Assembly: GCA_965198225.1 (NCBI GenBank)
Contig: CBDAOY010000008.1
Coordinates: 672,001 to 736,000, forward strand
DNA: 64,000 nt
Direction: 5' to 3'
Origin: Terriglobia bacterium
GTDB taxonomy: Bacteria > Acidobacteriota > Terriglobia > 20CM-2-55-15
The translations under genes were made by a program, and so were the position numbers. Below, piece after piece: positions 43,007 to 52,323 of the stretch. Below the pieces are notes generated by a model, which was not told the DNA's origin, did not search any database, and was given only the letters and a program-made list of their open reading frames with translations. Numbering within the stretch: position 1 is the stretch's first letter; every line of letters starts with the position of its first letter.

Positions 43007-44235
43007 GGCTTCAACAGTACCTTGATTGCATCACGACGCATGATGGCCGTGATGCCGGTTTCGAACTCGTCGAGCGGCAGCTCGTGGGTCACGAACCCGC
43101 CCGCCAGCAGCTCATCTGCCAGCCCCGCCCGCAGCAGGTTTCTCATCGTCTCCCAGGTCCGGAACACGCGGCGTCCGATGATACCCTTGAGAGTCACGCC
43201 ACGGAAAATGACATCGTTCGCAAAGTTCATTTCGATCTTATCCTCCGGCATACCGAGCAGTGCCATCGTGCCTCCCATCCTGATGATATCGAGGCCGTCG
43301 CGGTAGGCGCCGTAGTTCCCCGACATCTCCAGGACCGCATCCACGCCGGTTCCGTTGGTTTCCTCGGCCACGACGCTCTTGAGCCGCTCGCGGGCGCCGG
43401 CAAGACCCAGGTCGAAGCAGTGGTCGGCGCCGAAACGGAGTGCAAGTGAAAACAAAGTCCTTTCGACGTATTCCGGGCCTCGCTCCGAGCCTGGAGGAGT
43501 GAAATCGGTGACGTAGATCTTCGAGGCCCCGCTGCGCCGCGCCAACGCCGTAGCCATCAGTCCTTGAACGCCGGCTCCGAGGATTGCGACGGATTTGCCG
43601 GCAAGGTCGACCTCACCCACCGTGTGGACCGCGTTCCCAAGGGCATCCATGAACGCGATCGCCTCGACGGGGATCTCCCCCTTGCGAAAGACCACGACGT
43701 TCGACGCGGAGATGACGACGTATTCGGCGAACGCCCCGTGTTCATGGAGACCCTTGATGATGGTGTTCTGGCAATGGTGCCGGTCTCCCAGTCGGCACTG
43801 GTAGCACCAGCCACATGTAATGTGCATTTCCGCCGAACAATAAAAGTGTTCTTCGATGAATTCCACGAACCGACGATCTTCGGCAAGTTCGTACGCACTT
43901 CGGCCCTCGACGAAAGCGTCGACCGTGTCGTCCTGCACCGCATGATGTGCAATCATGCCGGCCAGTCGGACTCGTGCGGATTGCGCTGCGTCGACGATCT
44001 GTCCGCAGAACTCATGGCCCAGGATCACCGGGTTCGTTCGTGCTCCGAGCATGGCGTCACGGAACGCGTGCTTGCTCTTGTAGATTCCGACGTCGCTGCC
44101 ACAGATGCCGGCGGCCACTACTCGGATCTTGACTTCATCGGGGTGGGCGAGGTCGGGCGTGGGGAGCTCTTCAAGCGTCAGTCCCTCCGGCCAGTCTTGG
44201 CCCTCCGAGGGCCTGCTCTTGACGATGGCTTTCAT
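43003..44235 (-). CDS. tdh: L-threonine 3-dehydrogenase (Zn-dependent), with insertion
   Basis: ICGSD, GHE, EMHITCGWCYQC..C, DALGNAVHT, LEMSG; coupled to kbl. Confidence 0.88.
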   Translation of the reverse strand: MKAIVKSRPSEGQDWPEGLTLEELPTPDLAHPDEVKIRVVAAGICGSDVGIYKSKHAFRDAMLGARTNPVILGHEFCGQIVDAAQSARVRLAGMIAHHAVQDDTVDAFVEGRSAYELAEDRRFVEFIEEHFYCSAEMHITCGWCYQCRLGDRHHCQNTIIKGLHEHGAFAEYVVISASNVVVFRKGEIPVEAIAFMDALGNAVHTVGEVDLAGKSVAILGAGVQGLMATALARRSGASKIYVTDFTPPGSERGPEYVERTLFSLALRFGADHCFDLGLAGARERLKSVVAEETNGTGVDAVLEMSGNYGAYRDGLDIIRMGGTMALLGMPEDKIEMNFANDVIFRGVTLKGIIGRRVFRTWETMRNLLRAGLADELLAGGFVTHELPLDEFETGITAIMRRDAIKVLLKP

Positions 44236-44673
44236 CAGAGGCTCATAGTATGCGGGTGAAAAACGCGGCCTAGTGTAGCAAGAAATGACTACAGTGAAGC
44301 CCCCCGTTTGACGATGAGAGTATTGAAACGGTCGTTTGGAGTATCCGAACGTCCGAAGCGGAGGGCTCTTTATCAAGGGGAGGAGCCCTCCGCGTTGTAC
44401 CCCTCGGCGGGGCGCCAGACAAACGCGCCGTTCTAGTTCTCTGCCGCCGTTTCGTAACGTGCCGCCATGAGAAAATTGCTACGACGCCTGCTGTTTTTCG
44501 GCCTGCTTTTTGAGGGGCTGGGAATGATCAATCTGCCCGTTGTACTGACCGCAATCACCGTCGCAATAGCGATAACTGTGTTTAGTCATCTTTTGCTCGT
44601 TCGAGGCACGAATTCCGCTTGATTCTCTCCTGCTGAGGTAATACTCTAGGCCCCCTGTTCCGGAGGCAAGTCG

Positions 44674-45036
44674 ATGCGGTTTTTTCTGCTGTTGGTTACT
44701 GTCGCGTATGTTCAACCGCTAAGCGCGCTGGACCAATCAAAGCAGGTCAGCCCGTCTATCGAGGCCATCGCTCGCGCCATATCCCACGAACAAATCGACG
44801 TCGCTTTGGTGAAGCTCGACAGCTTCGATAGTGTGGTTGCGCGGCTGACAACAAGTCCGGACCGGGAACGCGGGTTCCACGACGGGAATGTGAACGAATA
44901 CACTCTGAAGGATGTTTCGGCAGGCGGCTACACCCTTGGTGTCCGAGCCGTCGGGCGCGAAGCTCCAGTGAGCCTGGTCGGCGCCCACGTCAACCCACCA
45001 CGCGGGGAGACCGTCAACAGGGTCGCACCGCAGTAA
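44674..45036 (+). pseudogene. Probable internally deleted M28-peptidase remnant
   Basis: Signal peptide + IARAISHEQIDVALVKLDSF (M28-like N-terminus) joined to GNVNEYTLKDV..GVRAVG (M28-like C-terminal tail); no catalytic core. Confidence 0.45.
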
Positions 45037-45182
45037 AATCCTAAACCAACCCGGTTCGTGTTTTGATCGGGGATTTTGCGACGTGTGAGGATCAGCCCCT
45101 GCACGCAGGAAGCGAAAAAAGAGGGCCACCCTTCGTGCGCTTCTGTTAGCTCGACGGACTTTTTCATTTAATACCAGCGACC

Positions 45183-46643
45183 GTGGGACCTGCGACATTG
45201 ACTAGCCAAGCTCTGATTCTTACCGACGACAGCAAACTGGCACAGTCCTTGACCGAGACGCTGGGGTCTTGCAAGTTCGGGTCAGGCGCGACGGCCGAGC
45301 CGGAGAGTGCGTTGAAGAGGCTGCGTTCGAGGAAGACGGCCCTCGTCCTTGTCGACCTGGATCTCTCTTCCAGCGACCCAATTGCTTTCCTGGCAAAGGC
45401 GCAGAAGGCTGCGCCTTCGGCGATCCTCATGCCGCTGGCGAGCCACGAATCGATCATGCGGGCCGCGGAAGCAGGAGAGCTGGGCCTTCACCAATACTTG
45501 AAGAAACCGGTGCATGTCGAAGAAATACGAATGGCGTTGGATCAGACAAAGATCGTAGCGCAGATTCGCGACGAGCTTGCGGGGTTGCAGGCCGCGATGG
45601 CCGGGCTGCACGGTTCAGCGGAGCTGTACGGTTCGAGTCCCGAGATCCAGTCGGTCTTGAAAGTGGTTGGTCAGGCCGCTGCGACCTCGGCAAACGTGAT
45701 GATCCTGGGCGAGCCGGGTACCGGCAAGCGCCTGATCGGTGAAGTCCTGCATCGCGACAGTTCGAGAAACTCCGGCCGATTCCTCCACCTCAGTTGTGCC
45801 GGTTTGAGCGAGACGCTTATCGAGAGCGAGTTGTTCGGCCACGAAGAGGGCGCATACGCCGGGGCCCGAGCACGCCAACTGGGCCGGCTTGAATTGTGTG
45901 ACGGCGGCACACTCTTCATCGATGAGATCGGCGAACTACCGCGCAAGGTCCAGGACAAACTACTACGTTTCCTGACCACCCAGACGTTTCAGGTGCTCGG
46001 GCGGCGGGGTTCTCTCTCCACCGCCGACGTCCGGATCGTTACGGCTTCGAGTCAGCACCTGGAGCAATTCGTCCGTGATGGCCGGTTCAACAGGGAGTTG
46101 TTTCAGCGACTCAACGGGATCCAGATCAAGGTGCCGACTCTGCAGCAGCGAAAGAGCGACATCCCGGCGCTGGTCGATCAATTCATGCGCGACATCGCGC
46201 GTAGCAGGACGGAGCCGGTCCGCACGATCACGCCGGACGCACTCGCCAGGCTGATGCAATACGATTGGCCCGGGAACGTCCGGGAACTGGAATCAACGAT
46301 TGCTCATGCAGTACCCCTGGCTGCGGAAGGATGCATCGGGATGGCCGATTTGCCGCCGTTCCCCGAGCCGGCCGAAACGGAGCAGGCGCCGCCTCTGATA
46401 CCAGGAGCGACGATCCAGGAAATCGAACGGGAAGCCATCGTCCGGACCCTGGAGTACGTCGGTGGCTCGACCACCCGGGCGGCGAGAACCCTCAACATGA
46501 GCGTTCGCAAGATTCAATACAAGCTGAAGGAGTACCGCCTCACGGCGGCCGTCCGTTCCGAAACCCACCGGGCCGTTCCTTCCGAAAAACCCTTCCCGAA
46601 GAAGCGCGCAGTTTTCATCGGTGGGGTCGACTCAGCCGATTGA
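45183..46643 (+). CDS. NtrC-family sigma54 transcriptional regulator (REC-AAA-HTH)
   Basis: GEPGTGK, ESELFGHEEGAYAGA, GTLFIDEI, WPGNVREL, Fis-type HTH; start codon uncertain. Confidence 0.92.
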   Translation: MGPATLTSQALILTDDSKLAQSLTETLGSCKFGSGATAEPESALKRLRSRKTALVLVDLDLSSSDPIAFLAKAQKAAPSAILMPLASHESIMRAAEAGELGLHQYLKKPVHVEEIRMALDQTKIVAQIRDELAGLQAAMAGLHGSAELYGSSPEIQSVLKVVGQAAATSANVMILGEPGTGKRLIGEVLHRDSSRNSGRFLHLSCAGLSETLIESELFGHEEGAYAGARARQLGRLELCDGGTLFIDEIGELPRKVQDKLLRFLTTQTFQVLGRRGSLSTADVRIVTASSQHLEQFVRDGRFNRELFQRLNGIQIKVPTLQQRKSDIPALVDQFMRDIARSRTEPVRTITPDALARLMQYDWPGNVRELESTIAHAVPLAAEGCIGMADLPPFPEPAETEQAPPLIPGATIQEIEREAIVRTLEYVGGSTTRAARTLNMSVRKIQYKLKEYRLTAAVRSETHRAVPSEKPFPKKRAVFIGGVDSAD

Positions 46644-46676
46644 AACCACCAAACAATACTTGATTCTTGAGCAGGC

Positions 46677-46762
46677 GTTCAGCCATCAGCTTTCAGTTCA
46701 ATCGGATGGGATTGTCCTCCCATTTTCGAAGTAGCTGAAGGCTGAACGCTGAGGGCTGATCG
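46677..46762. repeat. Inverted heptamer arrays (TCAGCxx / xxGCTGA)
   Basis: gttcagccatcagctttcagttca ... gctgaaggctgaacgctgagggctgatcg. Confidence 0.6.
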
Positions 46763-46949
46763 CAGGCTTCATCTCGTAAATCTGAGAGCAAAAAACCCTC
46801 AAACTCGAGGATCAAGCGTCCCGAAAACCCTTTTCGGCTGAATGACTTCGCGCGATAAAATTAATTGTGTTACAGTTATTTCTGTTTTTGTCGATGAAAA
46901 CGTTTAGAGGACCGTTGGTCCAACCGCTACGGAGGCAAGAGAGAATACG

Positions 46950-47276
46950 ATGCCGTGGTCGGCAGCGCATGGTTTCAGGTTTACGAGCGCATCCATCTTG
47001 TCGAATGTTCCGAGGAAGCCGGGAGTCTTCGGGTTGTACAACGATCAGGGTTGGGTGTTCATCGGGCAGGGGGAGAGCCTTCAGCAGTCCCTGTTCCAGT
47101 GTTTGGACAAGAGTCGCGAGTACTTCTGGCCGAACGAACCGCAAGGTTATACCTTCGAACTCTGCCACGCCGCCGATTGCAACGTGAGACGCGATCAACT
47201 GATTCTCGAATACTATCCCATCCGCAACCACCTGCCTGAAGCGGCCCGATACCACGCCAAGAGTCGCGAAGCCTAG
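46950..47276 (+). CDS. Small GIY-YIG-like protein
   Basis: VPRKPGVFGL..WVFIG..L...LILEYYP fits a degenerate GIY-YIG pattern. Confidence 0.6.
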   Translation: MPWSAAHGFRFTSASILSNVPRKPGVFGLYNDQGWVFIGQGESLQQSLFQCLDKSREYFWPNEPQGYTFELCHAADCNVRRDQLILEYYPIRNHLPEAARYHAKSREA

Positions 47277-47547
47277 TGACCTGTAACAGTGCTATCGGTA
47301 CCAGCGTTCGGCGGAACGGCGTCGGATTCTAGGAGTGACGCCCGAGCCAATGCTGTTTCATTGCGAGGGCGTTACGACACCGAAGACGGCGCCGTTGGGC
47401 CGAACCCTTCGGGCCGATGGGGGTTGCGGGCGATCTCTTTGTCGGAAGCCGTCACCGATGAATGAGCATCGCTTTCCGTCTCCCTCCTCGACCTCGCCCG
47501 CAAGACCCATCGGCGATGGTGCCGATAGCACTGTTACAGGCCACTAG
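47273..47547. mobile_element. MITE (~270 bp) with 27-bp TIRs and CTAG duplication
   Basis: CTAG-TGACCTGTAACAGTGCTATCGGTACCA...TGGTGCCGATAGCACTGTTACAGGCCA-CTAG (25/27 match). Confidence 0.85.
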
Positions 47548-47649
47548 CCAGCCCGTTTAGTCGCAGTTTGTGCCATGTCCAGTGAACCGGAAGCGTGAGG
47601 TTCCGGCTGCCGCGGACCGGGGAAGCCCCGATTGGCAGCCGAAGCCGCA

Positions 47650-47665
47650 CGGAACCGATCTTGCA
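47650..47665 (+). promoter_or_regulatory. Putative sigma54 -24/-12 promoter
   Basis: CGGAAC-CGATC-TTGCA (GG-N10-GC). Confidence 0.5.
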
Positions 47666-47680
47666 CTTGTGTTCGGCACG

Positions 47681-48007
47681 ATGACCCTACGTCGAAGCGA
47701 GAAACGGGACGGCACCGCGCGCCGACCCTACCGGGTCCGATGCCGGAAGTGCGGTCGCCGGTTCAACCTGTTCGACGCATCATGGTGTGGCTGCCGGCAC
47801 CACCGGCCGACAAAGGTGTGTCCGCACTGTCGCAGGTGCCTGTGCGACCTGCCCGGCTACGACGACAAATTAGATGAAAATCGTGCCGAACCGCGGAAGT
47901 CGGGCTCCTGCTGGGTCGAGCCTCCTGACAATCCGTCCTGCTGGGTCGAGCCTCCTGACACGTTCCGGCGTCGCGGTTTCGATCCGCTAATGGTGTACTA
48001 CCTGTGA
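47681..48007 (+). CDS. Cys-rich zinc-binding protein
   Basis: CRKC..WCGC..KVCPHCRRCLC; internal SCWVEPPD duplication. Confidence 0.65.
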   Translation: MTLRRSEKRDGTARRPYRVRCRKCGRRFNLFDASWCGCRHHRPTKVCPHCRRCLCDLPGYDDKLDENRAEPRKSGSCWVEPPDNPSCWVEPPDTFRRRGFDPLMVYYL

Positions 48008-48045
48008 AGGCCGTTTGGTCCTGGTGTACCAGGTGTTTCCCCATT

Positions 48046-48200
48046 CTCAAATCTCGAATCTCCAACCTCGAATTTCCAATGCGGAATTTCCGTTAGTCAA
48101 ATCTGCAATGACCGCGCAGTGTCGACCTCCAAACGCATCGCAGATCTTTCATCGAAAAATCCCCATTGGAGACTTGGTGATTCGAAAATGGAAATTGGAT
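48046..48200. repeat. Inverted heptamer arrays (ATCTCGA type)
   Basis: ctcaaatctcgaatctccaacctcgaatttccaat ... attggagacttggtgattcgaaaatggaaattgg; same family as 21368-21460. Confidence 0.55.
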
Positions 48201-48277
48201 ATTGTCGGAGCCAACCGATCGGAAATTTCGGAATCTCCAGCAAGACCCATCCGATTGAGGTGTTAGCTGACCGCTGA

Positions 48278-49165
48278 TCACCGGACTTCGCGGGGTAGCG
48301 TGCCTCTCATGACGAACTCGCGGGTCGTGGGCTCCCCATCGGGCCCCATGATGTGAATGCGGAATCCCGGCCGATTCTCGTCGCCCGTCAGCTCCACGGG
48401 ATAGGAACCCCGCAGGTTTCGGAGCCGGAGTGTCGTTTCGTACTGGCGTTCATCGAGGTTCCAGATGAACACCCGGATTCCGTCGAAGTCCAGCCCGGGT
48501 GCCGTCTCGGGACGGCGCTCGGCGACGACGTACCAGTCTATAGGTCCTTCTTCGGGATCTTCGACCCGTTTCAACCGTTGCACGGCCGTGTAGACGCGTC
48601 CCTCAGTGAATGGGCGGATGGGCTCGGGAATGTCGTACTCCATCAACTGGTGGTAAACCCAGCCCACCTCGTCGGCCGAAGGGCGAACCTTGAACCAGAT
48701 GTCGGTCGAATCGCTGTCCGGACGCGGTGTGGTGGCCCGTTCCAGTACCTCCAGCACTGCACCCCGTCGTAGACGACGGATGATCGTCGTTTGACGGCCG
48801 GGTTCCAACCGAAGGTTGACCTGATCGGTGGCGCGCGCCGTGTTCTGCACAGGCTGATCCAGGGCGTCGGCGACCCGCGCGACGAGAACCTGCCGGGTGG
48901 AGTCGCGGATCAGGGTGCTTTCTGCCATCCAGCCTTCGATCAGATCCTGGTCCCGGACCCGATACCACGTGCCCTGCTTCTCGATGATCGAAACGCGGTT
49001 CCCCTCGTCGAGCGTGAACATCGTTCGCGACGAAGGGCTCCCGTCGATGCGAACCGACGTGTTGTCGCGTAGGATCGTTGCTTCATCGATTGCGGGGTCC
49101 ATGGCCGGGACACAGCTCGCCGCGAGCACCACTAGACCGATCAGACAGGTTTGAATACCTTTCAT
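48278..49165 (-). CDS. SH3-domain lipoprotein
   Basis: Lipobox LAASC; two SH3b-like domains (WYRVR..EGW; VNLRLEPG..WFKVR..GWV). Confidence 0.85.
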   Translation of the reverse strand: MKGIQTCLIGLVVLAASCVPAMDPAIDEATILRDNTSVRIDGSPSSRTMFTLDEGNRVSIIEKQGTWYRVRDQDLIEGWMAESTLIRDSTRQVLVARVADALDQPVQNTARATDQVNLRLEPGRQTTIIRRLRRGAVLEVLERATTPRPDSDSTDIWFKVRPSADEVGWVYHQLMEYDIPEPIRPFTEGRVYTAVQRLKRVEDPEEGPIDWYVVAERRPETAPGLDFDGIRVFIWNLDERQYETTLRLRNLRGSYPVELTGDENRPGFRIHIMGPDGEPTTREFVMRGTLPREVR

Positions 49166-49242
49166 AGCACGGTGTTACGGCTCGCCCTCGGGTCAGCCTC
49201 ACTCGTTCCAAATTATATTACGATGGGATAAGATTGGTCCCT

Positions 49243-49494
49243 ATGGCCGGGCAATCTGAAGAAACTCCCGACTTCGAGGCGGCGCTCGAGAGGCTGGAAG
49301 AGATCGTCAAGGCTCTCGAGGACGGGGAGCTCGCACTGGACTCGTCCCTGGAACTGTTCGAAGAAGGGATCCGGTTGTCCAGGCTATGTCACGGAAAGCT
49401 GGAGCAGGCTGAGCGACGCGTCGAGCTACTGCTCAAGGATGCCTCCGGTCAGGTCCGCGCAGTGGATTTCGAAGCGGATGACGATGAAAACTAG
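49243..49494 (+). CDS. xseB: Exodeoxyribonuclease VII small subunit
   Basis: FEAALERLEEIV..LE.GEL.LDSSLELFEEG. Confidence 0.95.
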   Translation: MAGQSEETPDFEAALERLEEIVKALEDGELALDSSLELFEEGIRLSRLCHGKLEQAERRVELLLKDASGQVRAVDFEADDDEN

Positions 49495-50389
49495 CGAGAA
49501 CGGCGGCGGGAATCCGGAGGTTTTCTTCGATCAGGTCCGTCCCGCGGTCGATGAGACTCTCGATCGTCTGCTCCCTGCTGAGGACGTCCCGCCGGCGGCC
49601 CTGCACCGGGCGATGCGATACAGCGTGTTCGCAGGCGGCAAGAGAATGCGCCCACTCCTCTGCATCGCCGGTTACTCTGCGTTCCGCGACGATTGGCGTC
49701 GGGTTCTGCCGGTGTCGTCGACCCTGGAACTCGTGCACACCTACTCGCTGATCCACGACGATCTCCCTTCTATGGACGACGACGATTGGCGTCGGGGAAT
49801 CCCATCCTGCCACAAGGTCCACGGCGAGGCGATGGCGATACTGGCCGGCGACGGCCTGCTCACGCTGGCGTTCGAGACACTGGCAATGACTGACTTTACG
49901 GGCGAGCAGATACGGCACGTTACCGCGCGGCTCGCGCGGGCGGCCGGGACATCACGGGGAATGATTGCCGGTCAGGTCATGGATCTGGCGGCGGAAGGGA
50001 ATAGCATCGACCAGGCCGAGCTGGAATCGATTCACCGCTACAAGACAGGCGCGTTGCTGCAGGCGTCGATCGAGATCGGGTCTTACCTGGCTGATGCAGG
50101 AGAGGCCGCGATGGAGAGCATCGGTGACTATGGACGGAAAGTCGGGCTGGCGTTCCAGATCGTGGACGACATCCTCGACGAGACCGCCTCGAGCGATACT
50201 CTGGGCAAGACGTCAGGCAAGGACAGGAAGCAGCGCAAAGCAACCTACCCCTCCGTGCACGGCATCGAGGCCTCACGCCGGATGGTCGGCAGGATCACAG
50301 CCCAGGCCCGGGAGCGTACACGGTCCCTGGGCGATCGTGGCGAACTGCTGGTTCACATCGCCGACTACCTGGAGAAGCGGTCGAATTGA
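49484..50389 (+). CDS. ispA: Farnesyl/geranylgeranyl diphosphate synthase
   Basis: GGKRMRP, SLIHDDLPSMD, FQIVDDILD, GKTSGKD. Confidence 0.93.
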   Translation: MKTSENGGGNPEVFFDQVRPAVDETLDRLLPAEDVPPAALHRAMRYSVFAGGKRMRPLLCIAGYSAFRDDWRRVLPVSSTLELVHTYSLIHDDLPSMDDDDWRRGIPSCHKVHGEAMAILAGDGLLTLAFETLAMTDFTGEQIRHVTARLARAAGTSRGMIAGQVMDLAAEGNSIDQAELESIHRYKTGALLQASIEIGSYLADAGEAAMESIGDYGRKVGLAFQIVDDILDETASSDTLGKTSGKDRKQRKATYPSVHGIEASRRMVGRITAQARERTRSLGDRGELLVHIADYLEKRSN

Positions 50390-51147
50390 AGAAAGCGCGC
50401 ATCGACAGACTTCTGGTCGACAGGGGCCTGGTGGAGACACGGGAGCGTGCCCGTGCGTTGATCATGGCCGGCGACGTCCTGGTCGGCGATCGACCGGTCA
50501 CCAAGGCCGGCGCCGGTGTCGACGTCGAGGCTGAGGTTCGACTGCGCCGCCCGACGCACCCCTATGTGGGCCGCGGGGGTGTGAAGCTAAGGGGCGCGCT
50601 CGACGCGCTCGAGATCGACCCAACCGGACAGACGTGCGCGGACATCGGTTCCTCGACCGGTGGATTCACCCACTGCCTTTTGTTGGCGGGCGCCCGGCTC
50701 GTGTACGCCATCGACGTGGACACAACGCAGCTCGACTGGAAACTCCAGGGCGACGACAGGGTAGTCCCCGTCGAGGGCAACGCGCGCTATCTTCAGCAGG
50801 ACTGGATACCCGAGGCCCTCGACCTGGTGACCATCGATGTGTCGTTCATCTCCGTCTCGAGGATACTCTCGCGCATTCCCGCCGTGCTCGCGGACGCGGG
50901 CCGTTGCCTGGCACTGGTTAAACCGCAATTCGAACTGGGCCCGGGTCTGGTCGGGAAGGGTGGGATCGTGACCGACCCGGCACTGCATCGCGAGGCGGTG
51001 CGGAATGTGATCGATTCGGCGGGGCCAACCAGGCTCGTCTTCCGGGCGGAGTGTCCGTCTCCCATAACCGGAAAAGAAGGGAATCGGGAGTTCTTCGTCC
51101 TTTTCGACAATGAGCGAGCTGCTTCGGATGCTCGCCGAGAACGATGA
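50386..51147 (+). CDS. tlyA: TlyA-family rRNA methyltransferase
   Basis: S4 domain, YVGRGGVKL, DIGSSTGGFT, DVSFIS, VKPQFE. Confidence 0.95.
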   Translation: MKKARIDRLLVDRGLVETRERARALIMAGDVLVGDRPVTKAGAGVDVEAEVRLRRPTHPYVGRGGVKLRGALDALEIDPTGQTCADIGSSTGGFTHCLLLAGARLVYAIDVDTTQLDWKLQGDDRVVPVEGNARYLQQDWIPEALDLVTIDVSFISVSRILSRIPAVLADAGRCLALVKPQFELGPGLVGKGGIVTDPALHREAVRNVIDSAGPTRLVFRAECPSPITGKEGNREFFVLFDNERAASDARRER

Positions 51148-52004
51148 CAATCCTGAAGATCGGCGTCCTTACCAAGCCCGAGCAGCCGGAGGTCGCCCGA
51201 GTGGCCTCGGACATGGTCGACTGGTGTCGCGAGCGTGGAATCGACGTCTTGCTTCCGTTGGATCTCGCACGGCGGATCGACCGTCAGGAATTCGGAGTTT
51301 CCGACGAGATGCTGGCGTCGGGGCCGGAACTGCTCGTCGTCATCGGCGGTGATGGAACGTTGCTGGCCGCCGCACGCCTGCTCGGGGGCCGCCCGGTTCC
51401 TATTCTCGCGATAAACCATGGCGGGCTCGGCTTTCTGACCGAGGTGACGTTGCCGGAGCTTTATCCCGAGCTGGAGAAAGTCCTGGGCGGAGAGTTTGGC
51501 ACCGATCGGCGCGTGATGCTCGACGCGCGCTTGCTGCGTGGGAGCGATGTCGTCGGTGTCCAGCGTGCCTTGAACGACGTCGTGATCAACAAGGGCACGC
51601 TGGCCCGGATCATCGAACTCGAGACTCGGGTGAACGACCAGCGCGTTTCGACGTTCCGTGCCGACGGCCTGATCATCGCCACGCCGACCGGGTCGACCGC
51701 CTACAACCTGTCGGCCGGGGGGCCGATCGTGCACCCCGACATGAGCGCGATGCTGGTGACTCCGATCTGTTCGCACACGCTGACCAACCGCCCGTTGGTT
51801 CTACCCGGACAGGCTCGGGTGACGGTCACGCTGAAGTCGGCCGGCGACGAGGGCGTCTACCTGACCGTGGATGGGCAGATCGGTATCGAGATGAAAGCCG
51901 GCGATCGACTGGAGGTCGGGCCGTCCTCGGAAGAAATCCTTCTGGTCGCACCTGAGGGAAAGAACTACTTCGACGTCCTGCGGGACAAGCTCAAGTGGGG
52001 CTGA
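51144..52004 (+). CDS. nadK: NAD kinase
   Basis: GGDGT, GLGFL, ALND, DGLIIATPTGSTAY. Confidence 0.96.
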   Translation: MTILKIGVLTKPEQPEVARVASDMVDWCRERGIDVLLPLDLARRIDRQEFGVSDEMLASGPELLVVIGGDGTLLAAARLLGGRPVPILAINHGGLGFLTEVTLPELYPELEKVLGGEFGTDRRVMLDARLLRGSDVVGVQRALNDVVINKGTLARIIELETRVNDQRVSTFRADGLIIATPTGSTAYNLSAGGPIVHPDMSAMLVTPICSHTLTNRPLVLPGQARVTVTLKSAGDEGVYLTVDGQIGIEMKAGDRLEVGPSSEEILLVAPEGKNYFDVLRDKLKWG

Positions 52005-52084
52005 CGCTTCCCCGGCTGTTATAATGTACCCCTTCGGCGACGCGTGACATGATCGGTGCGGACACCCCAAGGAGAGATTGAGAC

Positions 52085-52291
52085 GTGAAGAGCAAATCGG
52101 CGCGGCAGACCGTGTGCAACGAACCGGGTAAGACCGCCAAACAGGCGTTCTGCGGAGGCAAACTGAAGCTGATCACCCCACTCGAACCGGAAATCGCGCG
52201 CTCCGTGGCCAAAGACCTGGACGTCTTTCGATGCCAGGATTGCGGTACCCTGTACACCGAAGAGAGCCCGTACGCCGCGGCGAAACGGTAG
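52085..52291 (+). CDS. Small putative zinc-binding protein
   Basis: C..C-GGKLK..FRCQDCGTLY; GGAG RBS. Confidence 0.65.
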   Translation: MKSKSARQTVCNEPGKTAKQAFCGGKLKLITPLEPEIARSVAKDLDVFRCQDCGTLYTEESPYAAAKR

Positions 52292-52323
52292 CAGGTGAGG
52301 CGGTGCCGCCGGGAGGGGAGGAC

